From NCBI GenBank assembly GCA_036172245.1, contig JAYWIR010000009.1, positions 1,054,001-1,118,000 on the forward strand: DNA of 64,000 bases. The letters run 5' to 3'. The notes below the pieces were generated by a model. It saw only the letters and a list, made by a program, of their open reading frames with translations, did not search any database and was not told where the DNA came from. The stretch comes from Raillietiella orientalis. Its lineage: Eukaryota. The first letter of the stretch is position 1. Every line of letters starts with the position of its first letter. The position numbers and the translations under genes are program-made. Positions 54,877-64,000 of this stretch are shown here, piece by piece.

Positions 54877-57800
54877 GACCGTGAGATGCCCGTCCTGACT
54901 CTGAGGCTGCAAGAATGGGTGGATTTTAATTAAAAGTTCAGAATCCTTCCATTTCAAGATGTAATGATTTCTTTTCTCTTTCCCCGTTGATGCGTTGATT
55001 CACATCGGTCACATCCGAAACCATTTATCTTGAGAAAGTTTTTGTTTGTTTCCTGCTTCCGCGACAGAATGATTTACGTGGAATATAGAGTGACTGCATT
55101 TCCAGGGATCGCTGGATCGGCATTTTCCTCAGCGCTCTTGTGAAGGAGACGCTGCCACGCAGGCCGCCTTTCTAAAGAAACCGAGCCACGCCCTGCGCCG
55201 CTTGGTGGCCTGAGAGATTACATCCTGGAGAAATCCTCGCTCTCCTCAACTCGGCGTCAGGCGCTGAACTTGGTCATTCCGTAACAGTTGGTCCTGGAGC
55301 CCGCATCTTCTACTGGGCCACACATATACGTAGACTGCGGGGATGTCTCCCAAAGAGGGAAAATGCATCCAGGGATGCTGCTTCGCTGCAACCAAGAAAA
55401 CCATCCCGAAAACACATCTCATTAATTCCTTGTCTGGTAAGTAAAGCGAACACTCCACTTGAATGCTCTCGGGGTCTCCAACTTCGACGTCTTCCGGATC
55501 CAGAGCTCCGAAAGTCTGGAAACACATCGAAAGGGAAGAACCGATCGCCTGCATCGGCGACGTCGACCTCGCGAAGGAGAAAGGAGTGGTCCAGAGCAGG
55601 AAGTGGATCGAAATCCACTTCGAGGGATCCCGGATAAATTCGCATTCCACTTCTTGAAATCTGAGCCCTCAAGAAAGTTCGCCACATGGATCAGGGGAAG
55701 GGGTTCTCCCCAAAGAATCAGATGCACTTCATTTGCATGCAATCCTTTATAACTCTGCAAGAATTAACGACAGAACCAATCTCCAGAGATAAGAACGGAC
55801 AGCAGTAGCATTCTTGATTTATGATTGCTGGAAGCAGCATGATTGGATCTCTGCTTCGGCTTCCGATCTCAACACTGCTGAGCGGCATGTGGCATCCCAG
55901 GATGCAGTTCCTGTTCGAATTTTATTTACTCCCATCTTTGCTAGCATTCGAGTCGAAATGTCCTCGATTGCTCTCAGTTGCAGCCAAGGGACACCCAAGG
56001 TCGACGCTCGCTCTCCCGAACGCTGACGTCACTTACGTGATCACTACTGAACCCATTTCTTTACGTTAAGCCTGCATGGAAGGAAACCACCTTGACCACG
56101 TCCCTGAAATTTTAGCTGTCTGGGGACTTCCTCCTTTCATGCCTGGTCAGTTATCTTAAGGAGGTGAATAAAATAAAGACGCGATGAGGAAGCCGTCAGA
56201 CGTCTGTCGTCCGGAAAAGAAAGGGCTCAAGTCTGACCAGAGTCACAACTTGCGAGGAAACGAAAGGCAGTGGATGAGGACCAAGAAATAAGCAAATGAA
56301 TAGAAGAGGGACGGACAGAACTCACAGTACGGTTTTTTTTCTTGTGGACCTGTGCTGGGAGGGAGAAGAAGCAAGCGAGTGAGTGAATAGGGTGATGCCG
56401 CCGTTGACAACCTGCTCTTCCCAAAAGTGTTCAGAGACTCGGTCCCCTTCAACCTCACAGTTGAGGAGTCAAGGAGATGGCATCTACGAATTTTTTCCCC
56501 CCTTGGATGGCTTGCACATTCTACTCTCGCTCTGGAGACCACTGCTGCTCTCGCGTGGCAGATGGTCGCCAGCGAGGAGTCAACTAGAAATCGGGAAGGT
56601 TCCTCCTTATTGTCAGGTCCTGGAAGGCGTCGTCGGGGAACTCACTACCCAGGAGCACTTTCACACTCCTCGAAAATTTCCTCCTGGGATGAGCGACGAT
56701 ACTCCGCCTGCCTAAGAACCGGTCGTGGAGCACCATAAGGATGATTGAGCAAGTGACCAGCGACCAGCTGCTTCTAAGGAAAAAGATGCCTCCGCATTCG
56801 ATAAAGAGGTGCCCATGGTATCCTGGAAACATCCTTAAAAAGCGCTCCTCCTGCGGTTTTCCATGGCATCTCCGCTTCTTCGCTGCGAGCTCTGTGCATT
56901 CGACGCATTTTGGTCCAGAGTTTCGTTTAGGACACTTTGAGGATCTCTGCGGTGTCTCTGCCGGATCGGGACGATGCACAAGAAGCAGAAGGGAAAATGC
57001 GTTAAGTCGCTGCAGGGCATCTGCTCCCATCTCCTGGACTGGAGAGAAAAGAAGACGTCCCTAGTGTGGAGGAAACACGAGATTCCATCTGGAGGAAGGG
57101 AGGGTGGGAGGGCAAAAAGACTTGGAGGCGCATCCAGGGCGACGTGTCTGCGATCCCGCATTTGAATTTCTTGCGTCCAGAGGAGGCTGCTCCTCCTTGA
57201 CAGCCTGAGAAGGTTCCATGCGCTCAGAGGACTGATCCAGAACGCCGCCTAGAGCGGAACTCTCTCCGGATAATTGCATTTAAGCTGGTCCCCTGGTCTC
57301 CTCGAAAACGAGGGGAAGGCTAATCACACCTGACACCACGCAAACCTTCCACGTCGTATCCTGAGATGATCTCGTTTCGCGTCTGTCCTCTCCAGCCGTG
57401 GCAGGCAGACTGGAGCTCCTCCCCTCTCCCGCAATCGAAAGCGGGCGAAGAGCGCCTGGAAATCCGCGGGCCTCCAGCAGTGGCATCGCCATGCTCGACT
57501 CGTGGGTCATCTCCTCCCGCCTTGTCATAAAGACCGCTCTCGCAAATTTTATCATTCTCCGGAAGTTCCTGTAAAACGCACACTTTTTCTCGTACGTGCT
57601 TATCGGGCTGCTTGGAGGGAGGACGGGAGGCGGGAAACAGAAGCTGCGAAGCGAGAGAAGCGCCGGAGAGATGAGATGGCGCTGCTGCCCCGGCAGCTCG
57701 GCGCGAGCCTCTGAGCTTTCTGCACAGCTAGCGGTCACAATCATCCCAATTCCGAATGAGCTGAGCAATTAGGGAGACTTGAGAGGGAGCCCAATGAGAC

Positions 57801-58490
57801 CCACGGCAGGCTAAGGACTGATGACTGGAATGGTGGCAATGATTACGTGCCCTAGCCAGCTGTTCCTCCATGGTGTCCAGCAGCGCTTGGTCACGAAATG
57901 CATCCGAGAACAAGAGTGAGAAACGAGTTCAGGCGGAAGAAAGGCATCGAAAGTGCAGAATGGAGCAATGCCACGCGCAAGCGGCGGAGTTTTGCGAAGC
58001 TTTGGCCTCCGGCAGACCAACCAAGGCCGTTCTCCCACCCTGACCACTTTTTTCGAGCGTAACCCACCTGGGGTGATATGCCGTGCAAAGACCAACTCAC
58101 CTCTTTTCCTTCCGATTAGCATGGAAGCTGTATCGCAAGCTCCAGCCATCGGTGATGCATGACCTTCGAGCGTTACTTCATCCTGGAAACCTCAGTGTCA
58201 ACCACACATCCGTACCAGTTATTCCTAAGAACTGTCCCACCATTATCGCGCTTCCGCGTGATGTACTCCAGGGTTTGTTCTTTTCCAGAGCTGGAAAGTG
58301 GAATCCGTCACTGCTCTTGGAAGTTTCTAGTCTTTCTTAAGAACTCCCTTACATCGTTTCGCACCATGCAGCCCATGCCTGCTGACAGTGGCTACTTGGA
58401 CGGCCGCATTCCTCCGTGGAATTTGCTGAATTGAACTTTGCTCCCTGTTTTCGGATGTGGTTTCTTCGGGGAAGACCATCCGCCTCTTCC

Positions 58491-59098
58491 CCGGGTCGCG
58501 AAAAGGGGGAGACGCCTCCCGGTCTACGGGTGCCTCGTACCCTTTTCTAGCCGACTCGCCCGAGGGCGAACCCGTCCAGAAGAGCACAGGCGGCAGCGAG
58601 ACGCAGCCCCCAAGATCCCACTTCCCGGCCCGGCCCGGTCGCGGCAGTCGAAGGTGTGGAAAGGGGACGCGGGGGAGGAGATGTCTTCGAGGAACGACAG
58701 CGGAGCCGGAGCACGCGCAGCGGGAAGAAGCGCCGCGAGGCGCCAGCTAGCAGGTCGTCAAGGCCCTTCGAAGAAGGTCGGCAAGAAGCCGGCGGTCGCC
58801 AAAGAGGCGCCTTCACAGCACAACGGTGCTGGGTGGAGCGCACTCGCCCTCTAGCACTTCGGGTGGCATCCGCTTTGAATGCATGTGCGCTTGCGAAAAC
58901 ACCACTCCCTGAAGTGCACAGCGATGTTTCACAGAGAGAGCTCCGTTCCCAGGAACCGCCCACGCTTCCGACTGAACGCTTTTTCTTCCGCCGCAGGGAA
59001 ATCCTTCCGCCGATGGGGAACTCGGAAATGCGTGCCGCCGGCGTGCCAGAGGAGTTGACATCGCTCGCAGGCACTATTCAACTCGGTGGTTCCAAGAA
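58491..59098 (+). repeat. 608-bp direct repeat, copy B
   Basis: Near-identical to 54269-54876. Confidence 0.97.
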
Positions 59099-59799
59099 TG
59101 GCGTTCGGAATCTGACCTGTGATTTTCTCCTGCTCTAAGTTTGGAATTTTTCGTAGATTTTTAGCAGCATCTATGTGGATGTTTTCTTCGTTTCCATAAT
59201 GCTCTCCCATCTCACCGTGAAGGGTTCTTGTCTGTTTTTTTGCTTGACTACATGAGCCATTCTGCCAACGGTCGATTCGGATTCGTATCACCCACTCTGG
59301 TCACGTAAGATGTATACTGTAGAGATAGAAGGGCCTCCTGCTGTTTCGTGAAGAACATCACGTGACCAGAAAGGAAGGTAAGAATGCGGTTGCTTCAGTA
59401 ACAGGCAGGCATCAGAAAGATTCCCGGAGGAGCCTGAAGTAAGAGCCTCAAATGTTTCGTTCATCTTGCGTGGCGTGTCCGTGGACGCAGACGGACGCTC
59501 AATTGCAAAAAATGAGCTGCCAATGTGTGGAAGCCTAGAAATCTCTTCGCGAGGGCGGGCGAAGGAGGGTCCGTTGGAAATGAAGGTGGGGCGGAAGGCT
59601 GACGTTTTGTCCCACTCTTCATAATGAACAGGTCCTAGAAAAATTTGCAGCAGAGTGCTGCAATTGCCACGAGGCAGGTTCTGGAAGAGATCTTACACAG
59701 AGATGGATGACACTTTAGCCAGAAACTCAGCAGCAGCTGCATTTTTGTGTGTTGCGGAAGTGAGAGGAGGGAAAAGGAAAGATGCTCAGTTTCATCTTC

Positions 59800-61200
59800 G
59801 GATAAAGAAAAGTTTTGGCAGAAGGAACACAGAAGTCTCCGAAGTCTGAGAGAACCAAAATGGTTGACGCAGAGCTGCAGAATAGAAGAAGCCCCAAGAA
59901 GAGTGCGTAGAATGGAAGAATCAGAGGACAGAGGAAGCACTTGAAAGAAATCGGACCCATGAGAGACGTGCCCCTTGCCGCAGCGATGCGGAAAGACCTA
60001 CTCCTGCTCAAAGGAAGAGCTGCTTCGCTGAAGGTCAGATTCATTCCGCAGTCGGGAGAAGAAGTAAAACTCCATGGAAACGTTGCCTCGCAAATCATCT
60101 GACTCTGTGGAAAGAGGCACTCGCCGTCATTACGAGTGAATCTCGAACAAGATCCGCGAACCTCGGCCACACCACTCGAAACCGTTCGTGCTCCCGTAGC
60201 TGCTGGTGACGCGAAGGGTGGTCCTGGAATCTCAGCATTAGAAACAGATATAACATTGCCTGTCAACGCATTGCTTCTGTATCGATGTCACCTCATTTCC
60301 ATCCCACGGAACAGCAGAAACTTCCAGCTACTCCTTACGTGTCGTCCCTGGCAGCTGTTTCTCCAAGTGGCGTGTCCGCTTCCTGGGGAGGAGAAGATCG
60401 TACGGATTCCAGATAACCCATGACCTAGCTTGCGCCCTTCTTGCAGAAGTCTCCTCCATGAATAGCGACAATCGAAAAGAACTGTTCGGGTTCCAAAGTC
60501 CTCCGGATGCTGGAAACGACACCCGGAAGATGCACGTTGCCACCAGCACAGTGAGCCGAGGAGAAGACCAAAGGAGATGGGAAACGAGGAGTAGGTTAAG
60601 TCTGAAAGTCCCTTGTCAGCAGAGAAGTCCAGATGAAGCCATGGACGTGGATCTTCCCCACAGACACCGCTGAAGTTTCAAAAAATGAGAACTTGGGAAT
60701 GTGGAGACGCGCATTCATCCGGAGTCTCCCTTTCATCCTTCGGACAGGATCATCTCCCAATGTGGATGACGACTGGACGGAGGAACGATTGCCTTTTTAT
60801 GCTCTTCGTGGTTCCCACTGCAGTCTTCAGGTGGGGTATGCAGCCACTAAGAAAAAATCTCACAGCACCAAAGACAGTATTCAGATTAGAAGAACATACT
60901 CTGCTGCTACCGGTACTACTAGTAGTGCTGCAGGCGGTCCACGCCTTTTAAGCGAGACTTAGAAAGCGCACCATTGCATGCCTTCAAAGGAACGGCAGAG
61001 AAAACAGTTCCAGCGCCGGAAGCAAAGATGACCATTTACAATGGAACGCGCGTGGCTGTTATGCCATGCTTTGTCGAAGCTGTTAGCCAGAAACGTATGG
61101 CTGGCTTCCGTGAGAAGACCAGCGGTGGGTCGTTATCCCCTCAGGAGACTTTCGGAGCCACTGAACAGCAGCACCGTAGCAGATGATTAAGAGAATCATC
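59800..61200 (+). mobile_element. Decayed Penelope-like element (RT plus GIY-YIG-like remnant)
   Basis: Ordered motifs KLH..QII, KPFV, LPVNALL/CIDVTS/SIP (LPxxxxLxxxDVxSLxTxIP), WKRHPED (WxRYxDD), MDVDL (FLDV), AFIRSL, VGY, and FGATEQQHRSR*LRE (YIGxT..R..EH). Confidence 0.55.
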
Positions 61201-61439
61201 TGTCACGGGGTGGCAACACCGGGAGCACGCGTTGAGGAGCGGCAACCACGTTATGCGAAACGAGACTCAACACAGTGATCCTCCATTAGAACCTGGTCAC
61301 TTGATGCAATGAAAACACCAGGTCACTGCACGGAATCACTTGATTGTTTGCATTCTTCCCATTAAAGACATCGAGTAGGATTGGCCTGCTGAGATCTCTT
61401 GCTAGCAATCTGAAACTCGACCCCCTCTCTCCTGATGTC

Positions 61440-61900
61440 TTCCGTCTCGAGACCTTGGACCTCTGGGCACCGCGGGATCCGAAACACTACCTGGACACAG
61501 GAGACTCCTGGGCTTCAGTGCAGGAGGGACGTGGTACAGGACATTACCACCACGTGGTCCATTGTCAAACCTCCTGAAGCGCTTAGGCGAAAGGTCAGTA
61601 GCAGCAGGAGGCGTTTCGGTAGGCTGTGACCTCCGAATTCGGAGAATGCGTCACCCGTCTCGAGGAGCGGTTACCCAGGTGACACAGCGAAGAGCCCCTC
61701 ATGGCTGTCTGCCCAGAGCACGGAGGGGGAGAAGCTCCGACGCGAACAGTGCATTGCTGGTGATACAAACCCTGAAATCGGTGGGAAGGGAACTCAAGAC
61801 TTCGTGTGGCAGGCATCCCAAGTCCGCAGGTGAACGTTTTCCGTCACCCCAATCGATTCTCCGAAGGAAGCTTCTCCGTTGAATCGAAGATGCTTCCGTG
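61440..61900 (+). mobile_element. Possible LINE RT fragment
   Basis: DPKHY (D.KNYRP-like) and RFSEGSFS (RQG..LS-like); weak. Confidence 0.25.
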
Positions 61901-61969
61901 GAGGCCACGACCAGAAAATGGACTTCACCAAGGGGACAAAAACATGAAAGTTCTTGCCAAGCCTCCTCT

Positions 61970-62620
61970 AGATGAATCTTCGTGGACTGGGCTCCAGCAC
62001 TGTTCCACGCCAACCGGGTGACCGCATAGCGACTCTTCAAGATAAAGGGGACCACCGGAAAGGTTCCGGAGGAAGGAGTCCGTTCCTCCTTCTACTCGTA
62101 GGAGGGAACCCCGAACCTATTCCTCATCTAGGAAGGAATCTCTCACCAAAAGGACCCCCCGGTTTTTGTTTGGACCGCGCCTCGTCTCTTCTCCGAAGGG
62201 AACCTGGAAAGAATCCGCTCCTGGAATTTATTTTCCGAAGGGAACCCCCGCGAGGGAACTGCTCCTTATTTCCTCCTCTGGAAAGAACCCCGATGGAGTG
62301 CTTCCAAGTTTCCCTGAAGAGAACTCCGAAGAGAACCGCTTCCTTGTTTTTCCTGGAAGGATCTCGGGAGGACAGCCTCCGATCCCGAGCAGTCAACGGG
62401 GACTTCTGGTTTCCGGGCTTCCATCGCTGCAGCACCCAAAGCCTACAGGCCAACCAGCGTGATTCATCCTGCGGAAAGGATTCGAAACCCACGACGCACC
62501 CCCTATTTCTCGGGCGTCGATGCTTCCCCGGGAGGGATTCGAATCCGCGACGCTCGGTGCCACGTGCGGAGCCGCAGCCACGCAGGCTGCCAACGCGGGC
62601 AGCACATCCGAAAAGGAAAA
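61970..62620 (-). mobile_element. LINE ORF1-tail-like repeat
   Basis: CVVGFESFPQD...FRETWK...; homologous to the 19.7, 23.7, 51.3 and 54.0 kb segments. Confidence 0.55.
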
Positions 62621-64000
62621 TTTGATGCTGGATTCTTCAATCTCTTGCCTTTCGTCCCCAGAAAGGCTCCTCCAGACACCTGGAATGAGACCAATCGGAA
62701 TTGGGACACATTTTGAGTAAGAAAACGGTTCTGCATCGACTTGGGTACGGAGAAGGCAATCACTGAGAAGAGGATAGAGAAGATCAATTCACTAATGAGA
62801 CACTGAGGAAGTAATTCAAACGCACTGCTTCAGACAAAGATGAACTGTCCTTTGCCTCAGTAAGCTGAGTGGAGAGGTTCTGGAAATCCGGCAAGGAGAG
62901 GGGGAAAGCTGGAAAAATTCCCATGTGCAGTCATGAAACAGGCTTGGGATAATACAGATTTGAGATGCACCGAAGAGAGGAATGACCTTCCTCGAAGTTT
63001 GGAGAGTTCTCATCGCTGGAAAGAATGTAACGCAGCTGGAGACACGCGCAAACTTAAAGAGCTGAAACACACCAGCTCTGTGCTGCTTTTGCATATCCAG
63101 GCATCTTCAGGATGCAAGAACACCATCTGTTTCGATCTCAAGTTGCACGTCCTCTAAAAGAAGCCGGATGAGAGACTGAAAGGTTTCCTTTTGCGAGAAG
63201 TGCGGAAGCTCGAAGTTGGTTTCTAAAGAAGAGAGGCGCTGCACTTTTTCCAAGAACTATTTCTGGCACAAAGTTGTGAGCACTCTCATTGCCTTAGCTT
63301 TTGGTCCTTTGTGAGCATGCCGAGCAGGAGATGTAATTCAATTTCCTCTTTCTCTCTTGAGAAGCTGTCCAATGATGATCCATGATGCAACAAGTAAGTA
63401 TGAGGTAATGGTTGCGGACGACCGATCGAATGCCTCGACATAACTAGATGAGCACAAAGACTAATCTAGTGTCATCACTTATGAAGAGGACACTTTCAAG
63501 TGCTACCAAGCACGGGCAGCTAGGTCAACTACTCACTGATCCTGTTCGGTTCCTTTGGTTATTTATTCTCTTCAGAATTCAAACTCAACTCGAATTGAGA
63601 GTACTGAATAAGAAAAACACGTGTGGTATGGCGTCATAGCAATAAAGTAAGAAGGTCGCAACGCACCCATACAGAACTACAGCTAAAGAAAACTTTTAGT
63701 TTTGATTTTTTTCCAATAGTCAGATGTGCTCCAGACGAGGATGTTGTCACTGATGTCTTCTGAACACGCATTAGAAATTTCCTTCTGTACAACGACCTTC
63801 CTCCATTCTCTCATCCATTTAAATCCCTTCTTGACTGGGGAAGAAGATCCGAAAGGACCCCTTTAGCATATTCCACGGTCTTTTCCTTTGAATACCCCTT
63901 AACCACCTGCAAACGAAACCTTCTTTCCTCATCAGAAGTTCGTTTCACATCTTTCTTCATCGAGAATAGCAGTGGGTTGCAAAAGCAGCTTCAGGAAGAC

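Noticed and set aside
56470..58150. Faint APE/RT-like words on the minus strand (GGIFFL, GVISL)
   Set aside because: Too degraded to call without a profile search.
54269..59098. Direct repeats as an LTR pair
   Set aside because: No TG..CA termini, PBS/PPT, target-site duplication or gag-pol recognised between them; the repeat itself looks like LINE ORF1.

Overview
Eukaryotic (probably invertebrate animal) genomic DNA, so most of the ORF track is spurious or reads through introns. Bases ~0.7-15.7 kb hold a cluster of four near-identical cathepsin L-like (papain family C1A) genes with GT-AG introns, three of which are only 45-56 nt. Copies 1 and 4 are intact 6-exon, 331-aa preproenzymes. Copies 2 (-) and 3 (+) form a head-to-head palindrome with ~2.2-kb arms. 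Both lack the signal-peptide exon and share a single 209-bp promoter-like spacer; copy 3 is also frameshifted. The rest of the window is a graveyard of decayed transposons. These comprise many Tx1/L1-like LINE fragments, a NeSL/Utopia-type RLE retrotransposon 3' end, three Penelope-like remnants, a probable Gypsy-type RT fragment and a SWIM/YqaJ/PHD remnant. The most notable signals are (i) a 20-nt stem-loop just after an AATAAA-like site that ends ten LINE copies with no poly(A) tail, plus a second covarying 3'UTR hairpin, and (ii) the cathepsin palindrome with a potentially invertible promoter spacer. Transposon calls and their boundaries come from manual motif reading and are approximate.
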